Below, in pieces: positions 15,001-30,000 of a DNA stretch of 64,000 bases. The first letter of the stretch is position 1, and each line of letters opens with the position of its first letter. The stretch spans positions 245,024,001-245,088,000 of the forward strand of contig OZ024741.1 in assembly GCA_964016885.1 (NCBI GenBank), given 5' to 3'. A program made the position numbers and the translations under genes. The notes below the pieces were generated by a model. That model ran no database searches. It saw nothing but the letters and a program-made list of their open reading frames with translations, and was not told where the DNA came from. The DNA is from Eledone cirrhosa. Taxonomy: Eukaryota.

Positions 15001-18000
15001 CACACATAGCCAATGAGTGTCTGCACATGTACCAGTAATTACAGATCGATCCGACCACGGGCGGCCGGCCCGCGATTGAAAAGGTAAATCCGCCGGCTAA
15101 TCGTCATTTTTGGATTCGTTTTCTTCGAAGCACACCATTCGCCGGCGGACTTTGTTGACGTTTAACACGGTTTGGTTCCACAGCCACAACTATTGATTTT
15201 ACGGAGATATCTTGCTGAAATTCACGCCACACATAGCCAATGAGTGTCTGCACATGTACCAGTAATTACAGATCGATCCGACCACGGGCGGCCGGCCCGC
15301 GATTGAAAAGGTAAATCCGCCGGCTAATCGTCATTTTTGGATTCGTTTTCTTCGAAGCACACCATTCGCCGGCGGACTTTGTTGACGTTTAACACGGTTT
15401 GGTTCCACAGCCACAACTATTGATTTTACGGAGATATCTTGCTGAAATTCACGCCACACATAGCCAATGAGAATCTGCACATGTACCAGTAATTACAGAT
15501 CGATCCGACCGCGGGCGGCCGGCCCGCGATTAAAAAGGTAAATCCGCCGGCTAATCGTCATTTTTGGATTCGTTTTCTTCGAAGCACACCATTCGCCGGC
15601 GGACTTTGTTGACGTTTAACACGGTTTGGTTCCACAGCCACAACTATTGATTTTACGGAGATATCTTGCTGAAATTCACGCCACACATAGCCAATGAGTG
15701 TCTGCACATGTACCAGTAATTACAGATCGATCCGATCACGGGCGGCCGGCTCGCGATTGAAAAGGTAAATCCGCCGGCTAATCGTCATTTTTGGATTCGT
15801 TTTCTTCGAAGCACACCATTCGCCGGCGGACTTTGTTGACGTTTAACACGGTTTGGTTCCACAGCCACAACTATTGATTTTACGGAGATATCTTGCTGAA
15901 ATTCACGCCGCACATAGCCAATGAGTATCTGCACATGTACCAGTAATTACAGATCGATTCGACCGCGGGCGGCCGGCCCGCGATTAAAAAGGTAAATCCG
16001 CCGGCTAATTGTCATTTTTGGATTCGTTTTCTTCGAAGCACACCATTCGCCGGCGGACTTTGTTGACGTTTAACACGGTTTGGTTCCACAGCCACAACTA
16101 TTGATTTTACGGAGATATCTTGCTGAAATTCACGCCACACATAGCCAATGAGTATCTGCACATGTACCAGTAATTACAGATCGATCCGACCGCGGGCGGC
16201 CGGCCCGCGATTAAAAAGGTAAATCCGCCGGCTAATTGTCATTTTTGGATTCGTTTTCTTCGAAGCACACCATTCGCCGGCGGACTTTGTTGACGTTTAA
16301 CACCGTTTGGTTCCACAGCCACAACTATTGATTTTACGGAGATATCTTGCTGAAATTCACGCCACACATAGCCAATGAGTGTCTGCACATGTACCAGTAA
16401 TTACAGAACGATCCGACCGCGGGCGGCCGGCCCGCGATTAAAAAGGTAAATCCGCCGGCTAATCGTCATTTTTGGATTCGTTTTCTTCGAAGCACACCAT
16501 TCGCCGGCGGACTTTGTTGACGTTTAACACGGTTTGGTTCCACAGCCACAACTATTGATTTTACGGAGATATCTTGCTGAAATTCAGGCCACACATAGCC
16601 AATGAGTGTCTGCACATGTACCAGTAACTACAGATCGATCCGACCACGGGCGGCCGGCCCGCGATTGAAAAGGTAAATCCGCCGGCTAATCGTCATTTTT
16701 GGATTCGTTTTCTTCGAAGCACACCATTCGCCGGCGGACTTTGTTGACGTTTAACACGGTTTGGTTCCACAGCCACAACTATTGATTTTAAGGAGATATC
16801 TTGCTGAAATTCACGACACACATAGCCAATGTGAGTCTGCACATGTACCAGTAATTACAGATCGATCCGACCACGGGCGGCCGGCCCGCGATTGAAAAGG
16901 TAAATCCGCCGGCTAATCGTCATTTTTGGATTCGTTTTCTTCGAAGCACACCATTCGCCGGCGGACTTTGTTGACGTTTAACACGGTTTGGTTCCACAGC
17001 CACAACTATTGATTTTAAGGAGATATCTTGCTGAAATTCACGACACACATAGCCAATGTGAGTCTGCACATGTACCAGTAATTACAGATCGATCCGACCA
17101 CGGGCGGCCGGCCCGCGATTGAAAAGGTAAATCCGCCGGCTAATCGTCATTTTTGGATTCGTTTTCTTCGAAGCACACCATTCGCCGGCGGACTTTGTTG
17201 ACGTTTAACACCGTTTGGTTCCACAGCCACAACTATTGATTTTACGGAGATATCTTGCTGAAATTCACGCCACACATAGCCAATGAGTGTCTGCACATGT
17301 ACCAGTAATTACAGAACGATCCGACCGCGGGCGGCCGGCCCGCGATTAAAAAGGTAAATCCGCCGGCTAATCGTCATTTTTGGATTCGTTTTCTTCGAAG
17401 CACACCATTCGCCGGCGGACTTTGTTGACGTTTAACACGGTTTGGTTCCACAGCCACAACTATTGATTTTACGGAGATATCTTGCTGAAATTCAGGCCAC
17501 ACATAGCCAATGAGTGTCTGCACATGTACCAGTAACTACAGATCGATCCGACCACGGGCGGCCGGCCCGCGATTGAAAAGGTAAATCCGCCGGCTAATCG
17601 TCATTTTTGGATTCGTTTTCTTCGAAGCACACCATTCGCCGGCGGACTTTGTTGACGTTTAACACGGTTTGGTTCCACAGCCACAACTATTGATTTTAAG
17701 GAGATATCTTGCTGAAATTCACGACACACATAGCCAATGTGAGTCTGCACATGTACCAGTAATTACAGATCGATCCGACCACGGGCGGCCGGCCCGCGAT
17801 TGAAAAGGTAAATCCGCCGGCTAATCGTCATTTTTGGATTCGTTTTCTTCGAAGCACACCATTCGCCGGCGGACTTTGTTGACGTTTAACACGGTTTGGT
17901 TCCACAGCCACAACTATTGATTTTAAGGAGATATCTTGCTGAAATTCACGACACACATAGCCAATGTGAGTCTGCACATGTACCAGTAATTACAGATCGA

Positions 18001-21000
18001 TCCGACCACGGGCGGCCGGCCCGCGATTGAAAAGGTAAATCCGCCGGCTAATCGTCATTTTTGGATTCGTTTTCTTCGAAGCACACCATTCGCCGGCGGA
18101 CTTTGTTGACGTTTAACACGGTTTGGTTCCACAGCCACAACTATTGATTTTACGGAGATATCTTGCTGAAATTCACGCCACACATAGCCAATGAGTGTCT
18201 GCACATGTACCAGTAATTACAGATCGATCCGACCACGGGCCGCCGGCCCGCGATTGAAAAGGTAAATCCGCCGGCTAATCGTCATTTTTGGATTCGTTTT
18301 CTTCGAAGCACACCATTCGCCGGCGGACTTTGTTGACGTTTAACACGGTTTGGTTCCACAGCCACAACTATTGATTTTACGGAGATATCTTGCTGAAATT
18401 CACGACACACATAGCCAATGTGAGTCTGCACATGTACCAGTAATTACAGATCGATCCGACCACGGGCGGCCGGCCCGCGATTGAAAAGGTAAATCCGCCG
18501 GCTAATCGTCATTTTTGGATTCGTTTTCTTCGAAGCACACCATTCGCCGGCGGACTTTGTTGACATTTAACACGGTTTGGTTCCACAGCCACAACTATTG
18601 ATTTTACGGAGATATCTTGCTGAAATTCACGCCACACAGCCAATGAGTATCTGCACATGTACCAGTAATTACAGATCGATCCGACCACGGGCGGCCGGCC
18701 CGCGATTGAAAAGGTAAATCCGCCGGCTAATCGTCATTTTTGGATTCGTTTTCTTCGAAGCACACCATTCGCCGGCGGACTTTGTTGACGTTTAACACGG
18801 TTTGGTTCCACAGCCACAACTATTGATTTTACGGAGATATCTTGCTGAAATTCACGCCACACATAGCCAATGAGTATCTGCACATGTACCAGTAATTACA
18901 GATCGATCCGACCGCGGGCGGCCGGCCCGCGATTAAAAAGGTAAATCCGCCGGCTAATTGTCATTTTTGGATTCGTTTTCTTCGAAGCACACCATTCGCC
19001 GGCGGACTTTGTTGACGTTTAACACCGTTTGGTTCCACAGCCACAACTATTGATTTTACGGAGATATCTTGCTGAAATTCACGCCACACATAGCCAATGA
19101 GTGTCTGCACATGTACCAGTAATTACAGAACGATCCGACCGCGGGCGGCCGGCCCGCGATTAAAAAGGTAAATCCGCCGGCTAATCGTCATTTTTGGATT
19201 CGTTTTCTTCGAAGCACACCATTCGCCGGCGGACTTTGTTGACGTTTAACACGGTTTGGTTCCACAGCCACAACTATTGATTTTACGGAGATATCTTGCT
19301 GAAATTCAGGCCACACATAGCCAATGAGTGTCTGCACATGTACCAGTAACTACAGATCGATCCGACCACGGGCGGCCGGCCCGCGATTGAAAAGGTAAAT
19401 CCGCCGGCTAATCGTCATTTTTGGATTCGTTTTCTTCGAAGCACACCATTCGCCGGCGGACTTTGTTGACGTTTAACACGGTTTGGTTCCACAGCCACAA
19501 CTATTGATTTTAAGGAGATATCTTGCTGAAATTCACGACACACATAGCCAATGTGAGTCTGCACATGTACCAGTAATTACAGATCGATCCGACCACGGGC
19601 GGCCGGCCCGCGATTGAAAAGGTAAATCCGCCGGCTAATCGTCATTTTTGGATTCGTTTTCTTCGAAGCACACCATTCGCCGGCGGACTTTGTTGACGTT
19701 TAACACGGTTTGGTTCCACAGCCACAACTATTGATTTTAAGGAGATATCTTGCTGAAATTCACGACACACATAGCCAATGTGAGTCTGCACATGTACCAG
19801 TAATTACAGATCGATCCGACCACGGGCGGCCGGCCCGCGATTGAAAAGGTAAATCCGCCGGCTAATCGTCATTTTTGGATTCGTTTTCTTCGAAGCACAC
19901 CATTCGCCGGCGGACTTTGTTGACGTTTAACACGGTTTGGTTCCACAGCCACAACTATTGATTTTACGGAGATATCTTGCTGAAATTCACGCCACACATA
20001 GCCAATGAGTGTCTGCACATGTACCAGTAATTACAGATCGATCCGACCACGGGCCGCCGGCCCGCGATTGAAAAGGTAAATCCGCCGGCTAATCGTCATT
20101 TTTGGATTCGTTTTCTTCGAAGCACACCATTCGCCGGCGGACTTTGTTGACGTTTAACACGGTTTGGTTCCACAGCCACAACTATTGATTTTACGGAGAT
20201 ATCTTGCTGAAATTCACGACACACATAGCCAATGTGAGTCTGCACATGTACCAGTAATTACAGATCGATCCGACCACGGGCGGCCGGCCCGCGATTGAAA
20301 AGGTAAATCCGCCGGCTAATCGTCATTTTTGGATTCGTTTTCTTCGAAGCACACCATTCGCCGGCGGACTTTGTTGACATTTAACACGGTTTGGTTCCAC
20401 AGCCACAACTATTGATTTTACGGAGATATCTTGCTGAAATTCACGCCACACAGCCAATGAGTATCTGCACATGTACCAGTAATTACAGATCGATCCGACC
20501 ACGGGCGGCCGGCCCGCGATTGAAAAGGTAAATCCGCCGGCTAATCGTCATTTTTGGATTCGTTTTCTTCGAAGCACACCATTCGCCGGCGGACTTTGTT
20601 GACGTTTAACACGGTTTGGTTCCACAGCCACAACTATTGATTTTACGGAGATATCTTGCTGAAATTCACGCCACACATAGCCAATGAGTGTCTGCACATG
20701 TACCAGTAATTACAGATCGATCCGACCACGGGCGGCCGGCCCGCGATTGAAAAGGTAAATCCGCCGGCTAATCGTCATTTTTGGATTCGTTTTCTTCGAA
20801 GCACACCATTCGCCGGCGGACTTTGTTGACGTTTAACACGGTTTGGTTCCACAGCCACAACTATTGATTTTACGGAGATATCTTGCTGAAATTCACGCCA
20901 CACATAGCCAATGAGTGTCTGCACATGTACCAGTAATTACAGATCGATCCGACCACGGGCGGCCGGCCCGCGATTGAAAAGGTAAATCCGCCGGCTAATC

Positions 21001-24000
21001 GTCATTTTTGGATTCGTTTTCTTCGAAGCACACCATTCGCCGGCGGACTTTGTTGACGTTTAACACGGTTTGGTTCCACAGCCACAACTATTGATTTTAC
21101 GGAGATATCTTGCTGAAATTCAGGCCACACATAGCCAATGAGTGTCTGCACATGTACCAGTAACTACAGATCGATCCGACCACGGGCGGCCGGCCCGCGA
21201 TTGAAAAGGTAAATCCGCCGGCTAATCGTCATTTTTGGATTCGTTTTCTTCGAAGCACACCATTCGCCGGCGGACTTTGTTGACGTTTAACACGGTTTGG
21301 TTCCACAGCCACAACTATTGATTTTAAGGAGATATCTTGCTGAAATTCACGACACACATAGCCAATGTGAGTCTGCACATGTACCAGTAATTACAGATCG
21401 ATCCGACCACGGGCGGCCGGCCCGCGATTGAAAAGGTAAATCCGCCGGCTAATCGTCATTTTTGGATTCGTTTTCTTCGAAGCACACCATTCGCCGGCGG
21501 ACTTTGTTGACGTTTAACACGGTTTGGTTCCACAGCCACAACTATTGATTTTACGGAGATATCTTGCTGAAATTCACGCCACACATAGCCAATGAGTGTC
21601 TGCACATGTACCAGTAATTACAGATCGATCCGACCACGGGCCGCCGGCCCGCGATTGAAAAGGTAAATCCGCCGGCTAATCGTCATTTTTGGATTCGTTT
21701 TCTTCGAAGCACACCATTCGCCGGCGGACTTTGTTGACGTTTAACACGGTTTGGTTCCACAGCCACAACTATTGATTTTACGGAGATATCTTGCTGAAAT
21801 TCACGACACACATAGCCAATGTGAGTCTGCACATGTACCAGTAATTACAGATCGATCCGACCACGGGCGGCCGGCCCGCGATTGAAAAGGTAAATCCGCC
21901 GGCTAATCGTCATTTTTGGATTCGTTTTCTTCGAAGCACACCATTCGCCGGCGGACTTTGTTGACATTTAACACGGTTTGGTTCCACAGCCACAACTATT
22001 GATTTTACGGAGATATCTTGCTGAAATTCACGCCACACATAGCCAATGAGTATCTGCACATGTACCAGTAATTACAGATCGATCCGACCACGGGCGGCCG
22101 GCCCGCGATTGAAAAGGTAAATCCGCCGGCTAATCGTCATTTTTGGATTCGTTTTCTTCGAAGCACACCATTCGCCGGCGGACTTTGTTGACGTTTAACA
22201 CGGTTTGGTTCCACAGCCACAACTATTGATTTTACGGAGATATCTTGCTGAAATTCACGCCACACATAGCCAATGAGTGTCTGCACATGTACCAGTAATT
22301 ACAGATCGATCCGACCACGGGCGGCCGGCCCGCGATTGAAAAGGTAAATCCGCCGGCTAATCGTCATTTTTGGATTCGTTTTCTTCGAAGCACACCATTC
22401 GCCGGCGGACTTTGTTGACGTTTAACACGGTTTGGTTCCACAGCCACAACTATTGATTTTACGGAGATATCTTGCTGAAATTCACGCCACACATAGCCAA
22501 TGAGTGTCTGCACATGTACCAGTAATTACAGATCGATCCGACCACGGGCGGCCGGTCCGCGATTGAAAAGGTAAATCCGCCGGCTAATCGTCATTTTTGG
22601 ATTCGTTTTCTTCGAAGCACACCATTCGCCGGCGGACTTTGTTGACGTTTAACACGGTTTGGTTCCACAGCCACAACTATTGATTTTACGGAGATATCTT
22701 GCTGAAATTCACGCCACACATAGCCAATGAGTATCTGCACATGTACCAGTAATTACAGATCGATTCGACCGCGGGCGGCCGGCCCGCGATTAAAAAGGTA
22801 AATCCGCCGGCTAATTGTCATTTTTGGATTCGTTTTCTTCGAAGCACACCATTCGCCGGCGGACTTTGTTGACGTTTAACACGGTTTGGTTCCACAGCCA
22901 CAACTATTGATTTTACGGAGATATCTTGCTGAAATTCACGCCACACATAGCCAATGAGTATCTGCACATGTACCAGTAATTACAGATCGATCCGACCGCG
23001 GGCGGCCGGCCCGCGATTAAAAAGGTAAATCCGCCGGCTAATTGTCATTTTTGGATTCGTTTTCTTCGAAGCACACCATTCGCCGGCGGACTTTGTTGAC
23101 GTTTAACACCGTTTGGTTCCACAGCCACAACTATTGATTTTACGGAGATATCTTGCTGAAATTCACGCCACACATAGCCAATGAGTGTCTGCACATGTAC
23201 CAGTAATTACAGAACGATCCGACCGCGGGCGGCCGGCCCGCGATTAAAAAGGTAAATCCGCCGGCTAATCGTCATTTTTGGATTCGTTTTCTTCGAAGCA
23301 CACCATTCGCCGGCGGACTTTGTTGACGTTTAACACGGTTTGGTTCCACAGCCACAACTATTGATTTTACGGAGATATCTTGCTGAAATTCAGGCCACAC
23401 ATAGCCAATGAGTGTCTGCACATGTACCAGTAACTACAGATCGATCCGACCACGGGCGGCCGGCCCGCGATTGAAAAGGTAAATCCGCCGGCTAATCGTC
23501 ATTTTTGGATTCGTTTTCTTCGAAGCACACCATTCGCCGGCGGACTTTGTTGACGTTTAACACGGTTTGGTTCCACAGCCACAACTATTGATTTTAAGGA
23601 GATATCTTGCTGAAATTCACGACACACATAGCCAATGTGAGTCTGCACATGTACCAGTAATTACAGATCGATCCGACCACGGGCGGCCGGCCCGCGATTG
23701 AAAAGGTAAATCCGCCGGCTAATCGTCATTTTTGGATTCGTTTTCTTCGAAGCACACCATTCGCCGGCGGACTTTGTTGACGTTTAACACGGTTTGGTTC
23801 CACAGCCACAACTATTGATTTTACGGAGATATCTTGCTGAAATTCACGCCACACATAGCCAATGAGTATCTGCACATGTACCAGTAATTACAGATCGATT
23901 CGACCGCGGGCGGCCGGCCCGCGATTAAAAAGGTAAATCCGCCGGCTAATTGTCATTTTTGGATTCGTTTTCTTCGAAGCACACCATTCGCCGGCGGACT

Positions 24001-27000
24001 TTGTTGACGTTTAACACGGTTTGGTTCCACAGCCACAACTATTGATTTTACGGAGATATCTTGCTGAAATTCACGCCACACATAGCCAATGAGTATCTGC
24101 ACATGTACCAGTAATTACAGATCGATCCGACCGCGGGCGGCCGGCCCGCGATTAAAAAGGTAAATCCGCCGGCTAATTGTCATTTTTGGATTCGTTTTCT
24201 TCGAAGCACACCATTCGCCGGCGGACTTTGTTGACGTTTAACACCGTTTGGTTCCACAGCCACAACTATTGATTTTACGGAGATATCTTGCTGAAATTCA
24301 CGCCACACATAGCCAATGAGTGTCTGCACATGTACCAGTAATTACAGAACGATCCGACCGCGGGCGGCCGGCCCGCGATTAAAAAGGTAAATCCGCCGGC
24401 TAATCGTCATTTTTGGATTCGTTTTCTTCGAAGCACACCATTCGCCGGCGGACTTTGTTGACGTTTAACACGGTTTGGTTCCACAGCCACAACTATTGAT
24501 TTTACGGAGATATCTTGCTGAAATTCAGGCCACACATAGCCAATGAGTGTCTGCACATGTACCAGTAACTACAGATCGATCCGACCACGGGCGGCCGGCC
24601 CGCGATTGAAAAGGTAAATCCGCCGGCTAATCGTCATTTTTGGATTCGTTTTCTTCGAAGCACACCATTCGCCGGCGGACTTTGTTGACGTTTAACACGG
24701 TTTGGTTCCACAGCCACAACTATTGATTTTAAGGAGATATCTTGCTGAAATTCACGACACACATAGCCAATGTGAGTCTGCACATGTACCAGTAATTACA
24801 GATCGATCCGACCACGGGCGGCCGGCCCGCGATTGAAAAGGTAAATCCGCCGGCTAATCGTCATTTTTGGATTCGTTTTCTTCGAAGCACACCATTCGCC
24901 GGCGGACTTTGTTGACGTTTAACACGGTTTGGTTCCACAGCCACAACTATTGATTTTACGGAGATATCTTGCTGAAATTCACGCCACACATAGCCAATGA
25001 GTGTCTGCACATGTACCAGTAATTACAGATCGATCCGACCACGGGCCGCCGGCCCGCGATTGAAAAGGTAAATCCGCCGGCTAATCGTCATTTTTGGATT
25101 CGTTTTCTTCGAAGCACACCATTCGCCGGCGGACTTTGTTGACGTTTAACACGGTTTGGTTCCACAGTCACAACTATTGATTTTACGGAGATATCTTGCT
25201 GAAATTCACGACACACATAGCCAATGTGAGTCTGCACATGTACCAGTAATTACAGATCGATCCGACCACGGGCCGCCGGCCCGCGATTGAAAAGGTAAAT
25301 CCGCCGGCTAATCGTCATTTTTGGATTCGTTTTCTTCGAAGCACACCATTCGCCGGCGGACTTTGTTGACATTTAACACGGTTTGGTTCCACAGCCACAA
25401 CTATTGATTTTACGGAGATATCTTGCTGAAATTCACGCCACACATAGCCAATGAGTATCTGCACATGTACCAGTAATTACAGATCGATCCGACCGCGGGC
25501 GGCCGGCCCGCGATTATAAAGGTAAATCCGCCGGCTAATCGTCATTTTTGGATTCGTTTTCTTCGAAGCACACCATTCGCCGGCGGACTTTGTTGACGTT
25601 TAACACCGTTTGGTTCCACAGCCACAACTATTGATTTTACGGAGATATCTTGCTGAAATTCACGCCACACATAGCCAATGAGTGTCTGCACATGTACCAG
25701 TAATTACAGATCGATCCGACCACGGGCGGCCGGCCCGCGATTGAAAAGGTAAATCCGCCGGCTAATCGTCATTTTTGGATTCGTTTTCTTCGAAGCACAC
25801 CATTCGCCGGCGGACTTTGTTGACGTTTAACACGGTTTGGTTCCACAGCCACAACTATTGATTTTACGGAGATATCTTGCTGAAATTCACGCCACACATA
25901 GCCAATGAGTATCTGCACATGTACCAGTAATTACAGATCGATTCGACCGCGGGCGGCCGGCCCGCGATTAAAAAGGTAAATCCGCCGGCTAATTGTCATT
26001 TTTGGATTCGTTTTCTTCGAAGCACACCATTCGCCGGCGGACTTTGTTGACGTTTAACACCGTTTGGTTCCACAGCCACAACTATTGATTTTACGGAGAT
26101 ATCTTGCTGAAATTCACGCCACACATAGCCAATGAGTGTCTGCACATGTACCAGTAATTACAGATCGATCCGACCACGGGCGGCCGGCCCGCGATTGAAA
26201 AGGTAAATCCGCCGGCTAATCGTCATTTTTGGATTCGTTTTCTTCGAAGCACACCATTCGCCGGCGGACTTTGTTGACGTTTAACACGGTTTGGTTCCAC
26301 AGCCACAACTATTGATTTTACGGAGATATCTTGCTGAAATTCACGCCACACATAGCCAATGAGTGTCTGCACATGTACCAGTAATTACAGATCGATCCGA
26401 CCACGGGCCGCCGGCCCGCGATTGAAAAGGTAAATCCGCCGGCTAATCGTCATTTTTGGATTCGTTTTCTTCGAAGCACACCATTCGCCGGCGGACTTTG
26501 TTGACGTTTAACACGGTTTGGTTCCACAGCCACAACTATTGATTTTACGGAGATATCTTGCTGAAATTCACGCCACACATAGCCAATGAGTGTCTGCACA
26601 TGTACCAGTAATTACAGATCGATCCGACCACGGGCGGCCGGCCCGCGATTGAAAAGGTAAATCCGCCGGCTAATCGTCATTTTTGGATTCGTTTTCTTCG
26701 AAGCACACCATTCGCCGGCGGACTTTGTTGACGTTTAACACGGTTTGGTTCCACAGCCACAACTATTGATTTTACGGAGATATCTTGCTGAAATTCACGC
26801 CACACATAGCCAATGAGTATCTGCACATGTACCAGTAATTACAGATCGATTCGACCGCGGGCGGCCGGCCCGCGATTAAAAAGGTAAATCCGCCGGCTAA
26901 TTGTCATTTTTGGATTCGTTTTCTTCGAAGCACACCATTCGCCGGCGGACTTTGTTGACGTTTAACACGGTTTGGTTCCACAGCCACAACTATTGATTTT

Positions 27001-30000
27001 ACGGAGATATCTTGCTGAAATTCACGCCACACATAGCCAATGAGTGTCTGCACATGTACCAGTAATTACAGATCGATCCGACCACGGGCCGCCGGCCCGC
27101 GATTGAAAAGGTAAATCCGCCGGCTAATCGTCATTTTTGGATTCGTTTTCTTCGAAGCACACCATTCGCCGGCGGACTTTGTTGACGTTTAACACGGTTT
27201 GGTTCCACAGCCACAACTATTGATTTTACGGAGATATCTTGCTGAAATTCACGCCACACATAGCCAATGAGTATCTGCACATGTACCAGTAATTACAGAT
27301 CGATTCGACCGCGGGCGGCCGGCCCGCGATTAAAAAGGTAAATCCGCCGGCTAATTGTCATTTTTGGATTCGTTTTCTTCGAAGCACACCATTCGCCGGC
27401 GGACTTTGTTGACGTTTAACACCGTTTGGTTCCACAGCCACAACTATTGATTTTACGGAGATATCTTGCTGAAATTCACGCCACACATAGCCAATGAGTG
27501 TCTGCACATGTACCAGTAATTACAGATCGATCCGACCACGGGCGGCCGGCCCGCGATTGAAAAGGTAAATCCGCCGGCTAATCGTCATTTTTGGATTCGT
27601 TTTCTTCGAAGCACACCATTCGCCGGCGGACTTTGTTGACGTTTAACACGGTTTGGTTCCACAGCCACAACTATTGATTTTACGGAGATATCTTGCTGAA
27701 ATTCACGCCACACATAGCCAATGAGTGTCTGCACATGTACCAGTAATTACAGATCGATCCGACCACGGGCCGCCGGCCCGCGATTGAAAAGGTAAATCCG
27801 CCGGCTAATCGTCATTTTTGGATTCGTTTTCTTCGAAGCACACCATTCGCCGGCGGACTTTGTTGACATTTAACACGGTTTGGTTCCACAGCCACAACTA
27901 TTGATTTTACGGAGATATCTTGCTGAAATTCACGCCACACATAGCCAATGAGTGTCTGCACATGTACCAGTAATTACAGATCGATCCGACCACGGGCGGC
28001 CGGCCCGCGATTGAAAAGGTAAATCCGCCGGCTAATCGTCATTTTTGGATTCGTTTTCTTCGAAGCACACCATTCGCCGGCGGACTTTGTTGACGTTTAA
28101 CACGGTTTGGTTCCACAGCCACAACTATTGATTTTACGGAGATATCTTGCTGAAATTCACGCCACACATAGCCAATGAGTGTCTGCACATGTACCAGTAA
28201 TTACAGATCGATCCGACCACGGGCCGCCGGCCCGCGATTGAAAAGGTAAATCCGCCGGCTAATCGTCATTTTTGGATTCGTTTTCTTCGAAGCACACCAT
28301 TCGCCGGCGGACTTTGTTGACGTTTAACACGGTTTGGTTCCACAGCCACAACTATTGATTTTACGGAGATATCTTGCTGAAATTCACGCCACACATAGCC
28401 AATGAGTATCTGCACATGTACCAGTAATTACAGATCGATTCGACCGCGGGCGGCCGGCCCGCGATTAAAAAGGTAAATCCGCCGGCTAATTGTCATTTTT
28501 GGATTCGTTTTCTTCGAAGCACACCATTCGCCGGCGGACTTTGTTGACGTTTAACACCGTTTGGTTCCACAGCCACAACTATTGATTTTACGGAGATATC
28601 TTGCTGAAATTCACGCCACACATAGCCAATGAGTGTCTGCACATGTACCAGTAATTACAGATCGATCCGACCACGGGCCGCCGGCCCGCGATTGAAAAGG
28701 TAAATCCGCCGGCTAATCGTCATTTTTGGATTCGTTTTCTTCGAAGCACACCATTCGCCGGCGGACTTTGTTGACGTTTAACACGGTTTGGTTCCACAGC
28801 CACAACTATTGATTTTACGGAGATATCTTGCTGAAATTCACGACACACATAGCCAATGTGAGTCTGCACATGTACCAGTAATTACAGATCGATCCGACCA
28901 CGGGCGGCCGGCCCGCGATTGAAAAGGTAAATCCGCCGGCTAATCGTCATTTTTGGATTCGTTTTCTTCGAAGCACACCATTCGCCGGCGGACTTTGTTG
29001 ACGTTTAACACGGTTTGGTTCCACAGCCACAACTATTGATTTTACGGAGATATCTTGCTGAAATTCACGCCACACATAGCCAATGAGTATCTGCACATGT
29101 ACCAGTAATTACAGATCGATTCGACCGCGGGCGGCCGGCCCGCGATTAAAAAGGTAAATCCGCCGGCTAATTGTCATTTTTGGATTCGTTTTCTTCGAAG
29201 CACACCATTCGCCGGCGGACTTTGTTGACGTTTAACACCGTTTGGTTCCACAGCCACAACTATTGATTTTACGGAGATATCTTGCTGAAATTCACGCCAC
29301 ACATAGCCAATGAGTGTCTGCACATGTACCAGTAATTACAGATCGATCCGACCACGGGCGGCCGGCCCGCGATTGAAAAGGTAAATCCGCCGGCTAATCG
29401 TCATTTTTGGATTCGTTTTCTTCGAAGCACACCATTCGCCGGCGGACTTTGTTGACGTTTAACACGGTTTGGTTCCACAGCCACAACTATTGATTTTACG
29501 GAGATATCTTGCTGAAATTCACGCCACACATAGCCAATGAGTATCTGCACATGTACCAGTAATTACAGATCGATCCGACCGCGGGCGGCCGGCCCGCGAT
29601 TAAAAAGGTAAATCCGCCGGCTAATTGTCATTTTTGGATTCGTTTTCTTCGAAGCACACCATTCGCCGGCGGACTTTGTTGACGTTTAACACCGTTTGGT
29701 TCCACAGCCACAACTATTGATTTTACGGAGATATCTTGCTGAAATTCACGCCACACATAGCCAATGATTGTCTGCACATGTACCAGTAATTACAGATCGA
29801 TCCGACCGCGGGCGGCCGGCCCGCGATTAAAAAGGTAAATCCGCCGGCTAATTGTCATTTTTGGATTCGTTTTCTTCGAAGCACACCATTCGCCGGCGGA
29901 CTTTGTTGACGTTTAACACCGTTTGGTTCCACAGCCACAACTATTGATTTTACGGAGATATCTTGCTGAAATTCACGCCACACATAGCCAATGAGTGTCT

